From Hyaloraphidium curvatum SAG 235-1 (Eukaryota; Fungi; Monoblepharomycota), in the NCBI GenBank assembly GCA_025558095.1, contig JAIVFI010000018.1, positions 620,001-684,000 on the forward strand: 64,000 nt of DNA, given 5' to 3'. This document shows positions 1 to 12,100 of this stretch, piece by piece; position 1 is the first letter of the stretch, and each line of letters starts with the position of its first letter. The notes under the pieces are model-generated. The model worked only from the letters and a program-made list of their open reading frames with translations, was not told where the DNA came from and did no database searches. Both the position numbers and the translations under genes were made by a program.

Positions 1-1
1 G

Positions 2-457
2 GCGGCACGGCTCCTTGCGGAAGCGGACGAGGCGTCTCGGGTTTCCGTGCGGCTCGGCAATTCCCCGGACGTCGTTAGCGATCTGGCCGGGGTCGTGCAG
101 GCTGCGCAACGCCGGTTCGCGATGGCGGCCAACGTATCGACGGCGGACCTGCCTGCGGCGAGGGCCAACGATACCCTGCTCGCTGCCCGTCTGCTCGGAT
201 TCGCGGACTACCTCGCCGCGAACCCTGTCCCGGGGCTTCCGATCTGCTGGTACGGCAGCGGCGAGGACTTTCTCGCGATCGGCCTGGGGCTGGCCTGGTA
301 CGAGCGGAACGCGACTGGGGCGATCGTGGGCTACGGGATCGACCATCCGACCGCGTCCCCGGACGGCAAGTACGTCGGCATAGCGTTCGCCACGGGGTTC
401 GCGTGGCTCGCGCTGGCGTACTGCGGGCTCTGGCTCTGCAACTTCCGGCAGAGATAG
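2..457 (+). CDS. 3' end of a hypothetical protein with a C-terminal transmembrane helix (5'-truncated by the window edge)
   Basis: The frame is open from position 2 to TAG at 455-457 with GC3-rich codons. It ends in a hydrophobic segment (YVGIAFATGFAWLALAYCGLWLC) followed by basic residues. Confidence 0.5.
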   Translation, partial: AARLLAEADEASRVSVRLGNSPDVVSDLAGVVQAAQRRFAMAANVSTADLPAARANDTLLAARLLGFADYLAANPVPGLPICWYGSGEDFLAIGLGLAWYERNATGAIVGYGIDHPTASPDGKYVGIAFATGFAWLALAYCGLWLCNFRQR

Positions 458-671
458 GGGGCAGGGTGCTGCCCCTGACCGGACCCGACCCGGCGCAACC
501 TCCGGTGAACATAGCAGGATTTGCATCTGTCACGAATGAGAAACCCTGTTCGAAACCCTCTGCTTACGCAGCGACCAGAATCCTTGGATGAGTCGTCAGG
601 GGCCGGGGGCCGCGGGCACCGCCAACTACGCGTGACCGCAGACCCCGACCGAATACCCCTGCACCGGACCC

Positions 672-2497
672 ATGTTTGCCGGCAGTCGCTTTCCGCGGCT
701 CCTGCGTGCGGCTCTCCCGCGCCATGCTCCATTCCCGGGCCCCGCGGCGCCGCTGCCGTCCCGTGGCGCGGCCAGCGCGGCTGCGGGCGGCGCGCCGGTG
801 CCGGACTTCAACGACGCGCGCGAGTCGTTCGCGGCAAAATCGCTGCGCGATCTCGTGCGTGCGCGCGCGGTATTCCGGCTGTCGCAGGTGCGGCCGCTGG
901 TCGCCAACGCGGACCGCCTGGTGCGCGCCGCCTACTCGGTGCTGGGAACGCGCATCACAAACGCGCTGCTGCGGTGGTCGTTCTTCGGCCACTTTTGCGC
1001 CGGCGAGGACGTGAATTCCATCAGGCCCACCGTGCAGTTTCTGGAGAGGAACGGCATCGGCTCCATCCTGGACTATGCCGCCGAGTCGGACCTGGAGGAG
1101 GAGGACGCCGAGCCACCGGCGCCGCAATCGCCCGCAGCGGCCGGGGTCCAGTGCCGGGTGTACGACTACAAGGACGGTGGGATTTTCCTTGATTCATTCG
1201 CCGTACCGGGGGACGTGAACGCTGACACGATTGTCGCCTCTGTTCAGAGGAGCTCTGCGACGCGCACGCCGCCACCTTCGAGGCCTGCATCCGCGCCGTG
1301 CACGACGTGTCGCCGACCGGCTTCGCCGCCATCAAGATCACGGCGCTCGGAAACCCCCTCCTGCTCAAGCGGATGTCCGTCGCCCTGGTCGAGCTCCGCA
1401 AGCTCTTCCAGCGCTTCGACGTCGACGGCACGGGCCACGTGACGCGGGAGCAGTTCCTCCAGGCCTACGCCCGCATCTTCGTCTCGGGCGACGCCGCCGC
1501 GCTGTTCGACGAGCTCGACGTCGACAAGGACGGCATGGTCGACTACATCGAGTGGTCCAACAAGCTCGTCCTGGAGGAGCTCCACAACCTGACCTCGCAC
1601 TGCCGCGAGAAGGGCCCCCTCTCGCAGGCCGTCCTGGACCCCGAGGAGCGCTCGCTTCTCGCCCGCATGCGGGAGCGCGCGGACCGGCTGGCCTCCCTGG
1701 CGCAGCAGCTCGGCGTGCGGCTCATGATCGACGCCGAGCATACCTACTTCCAGCCCGCCATCGACAACATCACCGTCGACCTCGCGCGCAAGTACAACCG
1801 CGCCTTCCCGGCCGTCTTTGGCACGTACCAGATGTACCTCCGCGACTCGCTCGGTCGCCTCCGGACGGACATCGAGCGCGCGCAAAAGGGCGGCTACTGG
1901 TTCGCGGCCAAGCTCGTCCGCGGGGCCTACGTCGCCCTGGAGCGGGAATACGCGGCCGAGAACGGGCTCGAGGACCCCATCTGGCCCAACATCGCCGACA
2001 CCCACGCCAACTACGATTCCGGCGTCGCCGAGGTGCTCAAACGGATGGCGGCCGGGGAAAAGGTCGAGGTGATGATCGCCAGCCACAACCAGCGCTCGGT
2101 GGAAAAGGCCATCGCTCTGGTGCGCGATCTTGGCATGGGGCCGGGGAACGGGGTGTACTTTGGGCAGCTGCTGGGGATGGCGGACAACCTGACGTTCCCG
2201 CTGGGCCATGCGGGGTACAAGGCGTACAAATACGTGGGTCGCTGATGGTCGAGATGGACGCTGCTCGTTGGGCTCACCCGTCTGCTCCCGGCAGGTGCCG
2301 TACGGCAAGGTCAACGAGGTCATGCCCTACGTGAGCCGCTCTTCCACCCCTTTCGCTGCCCGCCATCGCTCACGAACGCCCGTTCGCAGCTGATTCGCCG
2401 CGCGCAGGAGAACTCGGACGCCCTCGGCGGCGCGGGCAAGGAGCTCAAGATGCTGCGCACCGAGATCCGGAGGAGGATCTTCCCGGCTCTGTCGTGA
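672..2497 (+). CDS. PUT1: Mitochondrial proline dehydrogenase (proline oxidase) with an EF-hand pair; 4 exons
   Basis: It has an Arg-rich presequence and the motifs FFGHFCAGE, SILDYAAE, LMIDAEHTYFQPAID, TYQMYLRD, KLVRGAY, IASHN, FGQLLGM, KYVPYG and YLIRRAQEN. Inferred introns are 1177-1247, 2234-2294 and 2331-2389; the stop is TGA 2495-2497. Confidence 0.93.
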
Positions 2498-2802
2498 TGG
2501 GGCTGCGGCCATCGTGGCTATGTATGGGCCTGCATTGGTAGTCGATGGCTTTCTCGTTTGAGGTCAAGTGCGTGAAGGTCCGTCCGGGGGGAACCTGGGC
2601 TTCTTGGCAAAGGACTCGGACCTGCAGTCCTTGCAACGATCGATGTAGCTGATGGATGCTTCACTGTTGCAGCACATTGCCCGTTGGATCCATCCTGGCA
2701 CTTGCCACTTGCCACCACGCACCGACGAACTTAGCGTGCCCTGTCCCGTTTCGCTTCCTGGTCCGACCGAATAGGAGCCTCTGACTGCTCTCTGGGACCG
2801 AA

Positions 2803-3696
2803 ATGTCGCTCTCGGCGCTCAACGGCCCGCGAGTGCGCGCCACTGCCGCCCGCGGTGACTTCCAGCACGTCTCGCTGTCCCCCGCCACGCCCCTCATCGG
2901 CTCCTTTGTGGACGGCGTGGACCTCGCCGACGTCACCGACGCCCAGATTGAGGAGCTCAAACGTGCCGTGGGAGAGCGGGGCGTGCTCTTCTTTCGCAAC
3001 CAGCACATGGCCCCCGAGCAGCACCTCGCCCTCGGCCGGCGCTTCGGCGAGCTCGCCGTCCACCCCGCCGCGCCCAACGACGGCGACCCCGCGCTCATGA
3101 CCATCCGCACCGGCCCAAATTCGCTGCGCGCGAACGGCGAGGGGTGGCACTCGGACGTGTCCTGCGAGGAACGCCCGCCGATGGGCTCCATCCTCCTCAT
3201 CCGGGAATGCCCCCCCACGGGCGGCGACACCCTCTTCTCCAGCACCGCAGCCGCCTACGACGCCCTCTCGGACCGGATGAAGGCCTACCTGGAGGGCCTG
3301 GAGGCGCTACACGATGGCGAGCACGTGTACCGCGGCCTGTTCTCGAACGAGGGCGTGGCGGACAAACCGGTCTACCCGCAGGCGGTGCACCCGGTCGTGC
3401 GCGTGCACCCCGTCACGGGGAGGCGGACGATCTACGTCAACAGGGGTTTCACCACGCGGATCCTGGGGGTGCCGGCGGACGAGGGCCGCGCGGTGCTGGA
3501 TTTCCTCTTCCGCCACTGCGAGGATCCCATATTCGGCTGCCGATTCTCGTGGGAGCCCAACTCGGTGGCGTTCTGGGACAATCGCTGCACGATCCACAGG
3601 GCCATGTGGGACTACTGGCCCGCCGAGCGGAGCGGGAACCGGGTCACGATCATTGGCGAGCGGCCCGTCGGCCCGCGGCCGACGGAAAAGCTCTGA
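2803..3696 (+). CDS. tauD: TauD/TfdA family Fe(II)/2-oxoglutarate dioxygenase (intronless)
   Basis: Motifs are WHSDVS (HxD), GGDTLF, HPVVRVHPVTGR, FWDNRCTIH (distal His) and RSGNRVT. It is a single 297-aa ORF. Confidence 0.92.
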   Translation: MSLSALNGPRVRATAARGDFQHVSLSPATPLIGSFVDGVDLADVTDAQIEELKRAVGERGVLFFRNQHMAPEQHLALGRRFGELAVHPAAPNDGDPALMTIRTGPNSLRANGEGWHSDVSCEERPPMGSILLIRECPPTGGDTLFSSTAAAYDALSDRMKAYLEGLEALHDGEHVYRGLFSNEGVADKPVYPQAVHPVVRVHPVTGRRTIYVNRGFTTRILGVPADEGRAVLDFLFRHCEDPIFGCRFSWEPNSVAFWDNRCTIHRAMWDYWPAERSGNRVTIIGERPVGPRPTEKL

Positions 3697-4149
3697 GGGG
3701 GAGGGCTCGATGCACGTGGCAACGGGTGCGATCATGGACGGTCGTGGCGTCGCCTGTCAATCCGACCATGTTCGAGATTCCCCTCCATCCCTCCTCGCAC
3801 TCCCTGTGTTCTGGATTTCGGTTTCCCTCTCGCGAGCTTCTTGGAGAGGCCGATCATGGCCACCTTAGCGGGCTATCGGCGCCGTTGTCAGCCTGATGAC
3901 CAGCTCGACGCGAGCAAGGGAAACCCACCGAGTAGTTGGTCTGCGGTGCTGTTGTCTGTAGCTTTCGGGCATCCGAACCAGTGAATGGATCTTGCCTTGA
4001 TGAACCCAAGAAACTTGATGGCCGATGTGTGGCGGAGTGCAAATGGAATATGCCCGATCGGACTCGGTCGGGTTCACCCGTCCACCCGCCGTCCCCCGTC
4101 AGCACCGTTCAACGCCGCCCGCGCTTTATCCCGTCGCCGGCACCCAGCC

Positions 4150-5554
4150 ATGGGCGGCCATCGCCGCGCGGCGCTGCTAGTCGCGGCGGCGTCGCTGCTC
4201 TCGCTCTCGGTCGTTGCATCCGCCGCGCTTGTCCGCCGGGACCCGCCCGCGCAGACGGCCGACGTGCGGCTGATCAACGGCTGCGGCGTCGACCTGTGGT
4301 TCGAGGCGCGCAGCAACGACGACTCGCCGCTGCCGGGCTACACGGAGACGCGCTCCAAAGTCGGACCCGGAGGGTGGGTCCACGGTGTCACCTGTCAAGC
4401 TCCCCCGTGCGCTAAAATTCCTCCCCTCCCGCCTCCCAGCTTCGCCGACTACACTCTGCCGGCTACCGGGATTGTCGCGGCGCATTTCTGGGCCAAGTAC
4501 GGCTGCGATGCCAAGGGCATGAACTGCGCCATCGGCGATCAGAAGCGGTACTGGAACTCCACCGCCAAGGCGCTCGGCGGGTGCCCGCCCTCGGGCTGCA
4601 CGCCGCCCATCGACACCCTGTTTGAAATCACCGCCAAATGCAAGCCCGGCTCGTCGTGTTACGACGCCAACGAGCGCTCGTTCTGGGACACCTCGCACGT
4701 CGACGGGTGGTCGATTCCGTACCGAGTCAGGGGCATCGGCGCGGCTTCCGAGATCGCCAAGTGCGACCCCGGCTTCCAGTCCGGGGTCGTCGACGCATCG
4801 CAGCTCTCGGGCGCGCACTGCCCCGGGTCCGAGGACATCTCCTGGAACGGGACCTGGCCATCCGTTATCGTTGGCGGCAAGACAATCAGCCTCCGAACCG
4901 TGGATCTGCGCTACGTTTCGGGGGGAAAGGTGCTCGGGTGCTTTTCTCCCTGCCAGAAGGTCACGCAGACACCGGTCCAGGGCGGTCTCGGCCAGAGCGA
5001 CATGTGGGGCGCCGCAGCAGCAAGGCCGAAGAGGAAATGCTTACCCGCTCGCTCACTTCGCTCCCCCAGGGACGGCAAGGTCGGGACGTACATGTGCTGC
5101 CCCACGCACGTCGCGAATCCGACGCCCGACAACTGCAAGCCCGCGGCGGGCTGCGTGCTTCCCCCCGTCTGCCGGGCCGGGCCAGTCCCCAAGACGGGCT
5201 ACGTCAAGGCAATCCATGCCTACGTTCCGGGGTCCTAGTTGGTGGCGGACCGCTGTCGCCCCGGCACGCCCCTGACGTGGCTCCTTCCTCAGCGGCTACT
5301 CGTACGACGACGGTTCGGGCAACCACAACTGCCCACCCGGCACGGTGGTCTACGAGATGACCTTCTGCCCGCCCGGGTCGGCGGCGTACCCGGCTTCCCT
5401 GCCCAAGCCCACGACGGCAGGCCCCAAGAAAACGACCACGCGCAGGAAGAGCACGACCAAGGTGCTCTTCGGCGCGAAGAGGTCGAGCACGAAGCGGAGG
5501 ACGACGACCAAAAGGAGGTCGAGCCAGAGGCGTTCGACGTCCAGGAGGACCTAG
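4150..5554 (+). CDS. Secreted thaumatin-like (PR-5) protein with a basic Thr-rich C-terminal tail; 4 exons
   Basis: A signal peptide is followed by LINGC...LW, FWAKYGC, PPIDTLFEIT, FWDTSHVDGWSIP, GCFSPC, YMCCP, YSYDD and YEMTFCP. Inferred introns are ~4374-4439, 5004-5069 and 5238-5292. Confidence 0.8.
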
Positions 5555-5927
5555 GCGGTGCGGGGCGCCGGAACCCGCTGGACGGGCAGAGTCAGTTTGG
5601 TGAAGTGTTACAAGTAGTGTATGCTGCGTCTAGTATGTTTTCTTATTAATATGGATTCGAGATGTTCCGGCCGACTGGACGATTCGTCCGCGCTGCCGTC
5701 GTACGCGGAGGAGCTTGTGAGCATACGGAGAGAAGCCACACGAGGAGAAGGAGCAGATTCGTGCAGCAATCAGGGCATTAGCGCCCGGCTGCCATGGTGC
5801 TGGTCGATCTAGCGGATCTTCGTAAGTGGTGCGTTGAAGAGGAAGGCATAACCATATCCGATCTTGGCCGCCTCATGCACTGTCGGCCGGATCAGTTTGC
5901 CTCCCAGAGCCTCTTGGAGCATCAGGA

Positions 5928-7956
5928 ATGGCCGCCGAGACAACTACCGCGATGGCGCCCCACGCGCACGCCTCCGACTCCTGCGACCACCGCTCCTGCT
6001 GCATCGACCTGCCCGTGGACATCCTGCCGGCGTGGCTGGTCCCCCCGCAGCGCACCGAGGACGATGCCGGGCTGCTCGCGATGAACCCGACCGCCAACTT
6101 CTCGCGCGTCCCCGACGGTATCAAGCTGAAGCCGGAGATTACCGCGCAGATGGAGGAGATGAGGGAGATGAGGAGGATGCTCCGTGGGGTCAAAAGCGAC
6201 CTGTGTCGCGCGGCGCCGGCTCCCGAGCACGAGGAGCTCGGGAACCGGCACCTGCGGCATGCCCGAGCGACTCAGCGCTTACCGCGAGCCTCGCAGACGC
6301 GTGGCCCGAGATGGGTTTCCACGAAGTTAAAACTTCGACGTACATCGAGGAGCAGCTGAGGAAGCTGGACGGCGTGCAGGTTCCCTCACGGTCTGCGTTC
6401 GTCCTGGAGCACTATCTGACGATGGCGCGCAGGTGGTCACAAAGCTCGGCGTTACGGGGCTCATTGGAATGTGAGACGCGTGCCGTGCTTGCTCCGAAAG
6501 AACCTGGAGCCCAACGGAGCGCTCGACAGATACCGCGGCGCGAACCCAGGGCCGACAATCGCTTTCCGCGCGGACATGGTTAGTCTTCGCCGAGGTCTCG
6601 TTGCTTTACTGTCTCACCTACGTCTCTTTCAGGACGGGCTGCCCGTCAACGAGCGTGCCGAGGGCATCAAGTCGGAGTCGTGGATCAGCAAGAACCCCGG
6701 CGTGATGCATGCTTGTGGCCACGTGAGTTGGGTGGCCGTGTGCTAACGGTGTCCGCGGCTGACGCTCGAGGGCAGGACGGCCACGTCACGAGTTGGTTGG
6801 CCGCCTGCTTGCCGTTTTCGAAGCTAATTTTGAGGCCAGTGCTCATCGCTTTCGCCCGTGCGGTCGTGGCCAAGTGGAAGCCCGCCGACGTCCACGGCAC
6901 CATCGTGTTCCTGTTCCAACCTGCCGAAGAGGGCGACGGAGGGGCGCCGAAGATGCTTGAAGACGGCGTGCTCACGGCGGGAGGGCTGAAGGACATCGAC
7001 GCCTTCGTAGGTTCCCCGGTCCACGCCTTGCTCGAATTCTGACCGCTTCTGGGGCACAGTACGGCATCCACCTGAGCTCAGGTGCTCCCCTCGGCTCCGT
7101 CGTGACGAAGGCCGGGCCTCTCATGGCCGGCATCGACGTCTTCGACATCAAGGTCAAGGGTGTCGGCGGCCACGGAGCCATGCCCCACCAGACCGTCGAC
7201 TCGATCCTCGTGGTCACGCAGCTGGTCAACCAGCTGCACACGATCATCTCCCGCAACATTGATCCCATGGACACCGGTGTTGTGACGGTCGGCAAGATCA
7301 GTGCCGGTACCGCGAACAACGTGATTGCGGACGACGCGGTGAGCTCCATCTTGCGGCACGCTCGTGGCGTGCATTTAGCAAACATTTTCAGACGGTCATC
7401 GGGACGATCAGATATTTCTCGGAGGAAGTCCGGGAGAAGATCCACTCGCGGATCCAGGCCCTTTGCAGGTTACCTTCATTCTTGGTGGCCCTTTGCCTCC
7501 GAACTGATCCAACTTATTGGCAGGGGTATCGAAGAAGGCTACGGTTGCAATGTCACGCCCAACATCGTCGGAAACTACCCGCCGACGATCAACCACGCGA
7601 AAGAGGCGGACATCGTGCTGAAAGCGGCCGGCAAGGTTGTCGGACCAATGGCGATCCGGACCGAGAAGGGCGTGATGGTTTGTTGACCTTGCTCGTGTTC
7701 TCCGTGGGGCTCCGGCTGATCTGTTGGGCAGGGATCGGAAGACTTCAGCTTCTTTATCCAGCAGCGGCCCGGAGCGTTCTTCTTCGTCGGCGCGGCGCTC
7801 GAAGCGGACCGCCTCGCGGCCTACCCGCACCACAGCCCGCTGTTCGACTTCCACGAGGATGCGATGGCGGTCGGGGCGAGCGTCTGGATGCAGCTGTTCG
7901 AGGACCTGCTGGTGGAGCCCGGGAAGGCAGCGAGGGCGTCGGATGCGAGGTTGTGA
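5928..7956 (+). CDS. M20D family amidohydrolase (hippurate/IAA-amino acid hydrolase-like), intron-rich, C-terminal -ARL
   Basis: Spliced motifs are LHAWPEMGFHE, IAFRADM|DGLP, MHACGH|DGH, FLFQPAEEG, GVGGHGAMPH, GSEDF and PHHSPLFDFHE. Several micro-exons are present. The stop is TGA 7954-7956; the start may be 5928 or 5952. Confidence 0.9.
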
Positions 7957-8088
7957 TGCAGATGTTGTCGATCTAGTGTTTAGTTCTTGAAGAACTTTGT
8001 TAAGATGGAAGCGGAGCCTGTAAGGTTGACGATGACGCTACTCAAGCAGCGCGTTGGTAGCTTTGCCGCTCGCCAACGGCCCGACAAC

Positions 8089-9110
8089 ATGCCCTCCGCG
8101 GAGCACTTTGTCGAGCGCTCGGCGCGTGTGACGGCGGTTCCTGGACGGCAGAATGAGTACGAGGGCAACGTCGACTCGGAATGGGAGAACAACCCGTGGG
8201 AAGAGCGGAAGCTGTCGGCGATACCTCCTCTGAACCGGTTCGCCTTCTCAGCGGCGTCCCGTTGGGCAGCCTTCCTGTCGCGCTTGTTCTCCGCGCCCTC
8301 CTGGCTCATTTTCCGAAGCACCCGGATCCGTTGACCCTCTCGTGCCAATTCCTGGCGTCTGTGGGCGTCGGGCCGGTCCGAATCGCTGTCAACGGCAGAC
8401 GCGTCGGACGGACATTTGCCTTTGTCTCGGCGGACCTCTTTTCGAACGGGCAGCACTGCTTGTCTGTGATGGCCACTCTCGCCGACCTGCGGGTATCGAG
8501 GGCTTTGGATATCTTCAACGACCGGGAGCTTGCTACAGCGTTTCTGGACGCGGGCACGCCTCCCCGGCCGGATGATTGTCGGGATGTGACCGCGACAGTC
8601 GCGAAAGTCGCGAAGTGGATGCGGCTGTTCAACGTGCGCGAGATTTCCGAGAACTCGGACCCCTTGACTAGGAACTATTGGGCCGGTGGGTTCTGGCAGG
8701 TTCACTGCCAGTAGGATGTGATTGACCAGTCTCTGATCGGGACAGCGACCGTGGATAAGGCTTCTATTACTCCCATTCTCGTCACCCTCTTGCTCGACCG
8801 GCCACTCCTTTACGCGGACCGGGGTGTGCTCAGGCCCGGTCTTGTGATGCGCAGCTGTAAGGCCAGCTATCCGCTTGCTTCCTCGTATCCTGAACTTTGC
8901 CCTACAGACACGACCATCTCGCTCACGATCGACTTCCATTCCACCTACAACTCTGAATCGCCTTGGCTGCACATGCGGACGCGGCGCTCACACCGGGAAG
9001 GGGAAATGAGCATGACCGAGAGCGCGGCTTGGACAGCCGAGGGAAAGCTCTTGGCAAGCATGCGCCAACAGGGCCGCATGACGGTGGCGGAGGTGAAAGG
9101 AAAGCTCTGA
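8089..9110 (+). CDS. Thioesterase-like (double hot-dog, acyl-CoA thioesterase II-like) protein
   Basis: Motifs are GNVDSEW...GGVPLG, HPDPLTLSCQFL, RRVGRTFAFVSADL, TISLTIDFH and WTAEGKLLASMRQ. Introns are inferred near 8196-8250 and 8686-8745. It ends in -GKL. Confidence 0.7.
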
Positions 9111-9185
9111 ATCCAGTACCTTCCTCTTCTAGTACCTAGATCTAAGAGTGGAGCAGACAAGAGATAGAGTCGGTATCTAGAGGTA

Positions 9186-12100
9186 TCAACGGCGGCCGCG
9201 AGATGCGCCACGTCCTCGCCCGCCCCGATCACTGGCCGAGCTCTCGGTGCTCGGCCGCCCACCGCGATTGCTTCCAGAAGCACCATTCCCGCCCCTTCCT
9301 CCCCTAAAGCCGCCCGCTCCCGCACTAGCAGGTCTCTGCGAACCACCAGTTCCGGTTCCTCCGGTGTTCGAAGGCCCAGGAGAAGCCCTCGATCCAGGCC
9401 GTTCGTTCCCAGGTCTCGGACTGGATGTCGCACCCCGCCCGCCCGGTCCAGGTCCGTCCCACATCCCGCTGAGCTCGCTCGGGGGTCGCTGCGGTCGCTC
9501 CTGCGTTTCGACAAGCCTGGCTCGGTAGTGGTGCTTGCCGAGCCCTGCGCCGGAAACGAGATCCACGATCGCGTTGATGAGCCGGACTTTCGAGACGTCC
9601 AGGCCCGGATCGGCAATCTTCATCGCCAGCAGCTCGTTGAAGGCTGTGCGGGTCGCCTCGAGGATGAGGGCGACGGCCGGGGAGGAAGGCTTGAATCGAA
9701 TCCAGCTGGCATACGAAACACAATGAGGACGATTCCCCAAGGAGCAATGATATGCACCTACCCATCGTCCATGTTAAGCACCCCTTGCCTCGCGTCCCAG
9801 GTCAGCCGGCCCCCGAAGAACGCCATGGCGTATGGCGAAACGCAAGACGAATCCCGGACGTACACCTTCGTCGTCCGCACCTTCTCCAGGTACACCAAGA
9901 ACGGGTGCGGGAACTCCTTGACCCTGTAGTTGACGCTCGTTGGGTGCAGGAAGACCTGCTCGGCGTCGACCCCGCGAACGAGCAGCTTGGCTTCCCCAGA
10001 TGGAGCGGGGGTGCCCTTCTTCCCCTTGACCTTTCCAGAGCCGGCAGAGGGCGCGTCGATCTTAATCACTGGACGCCATCGAGTGAGCGTTCAAGTCGGT
10101 CGACCAAGAAAGAGGCACGTACCGTTGGGGTAGAGGGCAGCGATCAAGGTCCCCTTCACCAGCTCCATGTTGTCCGCCCTGTCCGCGCCGGCGGAATCTC
10201 CGAGGGCCTCCGCCACGCCATCGCTGGTGAACCCGCCCCTCCTCTCCATGTCCCTCGCCTTCAGCCCCTCCTTGACGAATCCGATGTCCGACAGCAGCTC
10301 CACCAGCTGTCTCTTCACCGACGCGAGCATGCTGAGAGTCCGTCCGCTCAGGAAGTTGTCAAAGAGCCACCGCCGTTCCTGAGCCATCCCGCCGCGCCGT
10401 TGAAGATACCACTGGCGGTAGGCGTTGAGGACGGTGAGGTGGTCGGAAGCCGCCATGGCGAACTCGCGCTTGCGCTCGTCGGCGAGCTCGCGCTTGTCGA
10501 ACGGCGCAACGAACGGGCTCTTGACCGAAAGGGCGGCGGCGATTGTGAGCACGGGGTCGAGGCAGCCGAAGATGGCGCCATAGAGGATGAGCTTGCCGAT
10601 GCGGACGTCGACGGGAAGGTGGCCCAGATGGAAACCCAGCGGGGTCAGTTGTTCGTCCTTAGTCAAGGCCTGCAGCGTGCGCAGCGTGGTGACGGCGGCC
10701 AGCACGGCTTCCGCAGCCGGCGGTTCGATGATGTTGGCGAGGATGGCATCGATGCGACCGCGGAGGAAGGTGAGCGTCTTGATGCGCAGGCAAATCTGGT
10801 CCAGCGGAGTGCGTCGGATCTCGGGGATCTGCTGTGGAAGAAGCACGTTCTCGAAGCGGTGGCTCGTGAACAGGTGGTAGCATGTTCCGGGCTGGACACG
10901 GCCGGCGCGGCCCCGGCGCTGCAGCGCGTTGGCACGCGAGACCCAGCACTCCTCCAGGCTGCTCATGCCCTTGCTTGGCTCGAAGCGTGTCTCCTTCATT
11001 TTGCCCGAATCCACGACGTAGACCACGTCGTCGATGGTAATGCTGGTCTCGGCAACGTTGGTCGCAATGACGATCTTGCACGAGCCCTCGGGTGGCCTGT
11101 CGAAGACGCGAATCTGCTCTTCCGAAGAGAGGACGCCGTGAAGAGGCAGGAGGAGACGGCCATTTGCCGTCGCCGCGCGGATGACCGAGTTTGCAGACAG
11201 CAGCTCGTGCATGGCCGAGATCTCGGCGTAGCCGGGGAGGAAGATCAAGATGCCGCGGTTCGGCGCATCGTTGGGCGAAGAGGTCGAGCCAGGATCCGCT
11301 GCGCCAGGAGCCGGTGACCCGCGTCCACCAGACGGGGTGTCGGGCCTCCCGTTTCCCCGCCCTCGTCCGCCTCGCGAGCCCTGGCCCTGTCCGGGTGCCG
11401 CGCCGACCACCGGCACGTTCCCCTTGGCGAAAGCGGGCAGCAGCTCCCCGACCATCCTCACGACCAGCATCTCCACCAGCGGGTACTGGATCTTTTCCTC
11501 GTCCAGCTGGGACAACGATCGCAGCTGCTCCTTGGAAAGGGTCGGGTACCGGGCGCCGAGCTCCTCGACAGACAAATCGCCGTCCGGAAGCTCTTCCACG
11601 TTCTTGTACGGGTCGCGTGGGGCCTTCTGGCGCAGTTGGCGCTTGGCCAGGTCGCCTTCCGGAAAGTAGCCCGTCATCTTCAAGGCGTCCTCGAGGAAAA
11701 TTGGCTGAACGGGGAACGTGCGACCGGGGATGAGCAGCCTCGGCGTTCCCTCCCCAAAGTAGGCCTGGAACAGCTCCGCGTTCAGCGTGGCCGACATGAG
11801 CACGACCTTGAGGTCGGGTCGCAGCGGCAGGAGCTGGCGCAGGACCAGCAGGAGGAAGTCCGACTCGAGTGAGCGCTCGTGGACCTCGTCGAGGATGATG
11901 TGCGAAATGTCCGAGATGCCCTCGTCGCCCCCGCCCTCGAGCCGACGCAGCAGGATGCCAGCCGTGACGAACATGACCTTTGTCGCCTGCGACAGCTTGG
12001 CCTCGAGCCGGATCTGGTACCCGACTTCGCCGCCGACCTCGCCCGCGCGCTCCTTGGCCACGCGGTCCGCGACGCCGATCGCCGAGATCCGCCTCGGCTG

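Noticed and set aside
5236-5238. TAG ending the thaumatin ORF early
   Set aside because: It spans an exon/intron junction (TA|gt...ag|C = TAC, Tyr).
8712-8714. Apparent fourth in-frame TAG, in the thioesterase
   Set aside because: It falls inside a plausible 60-nt GTGGGT...GACAG intron (8686-8745) that preserves the frame.
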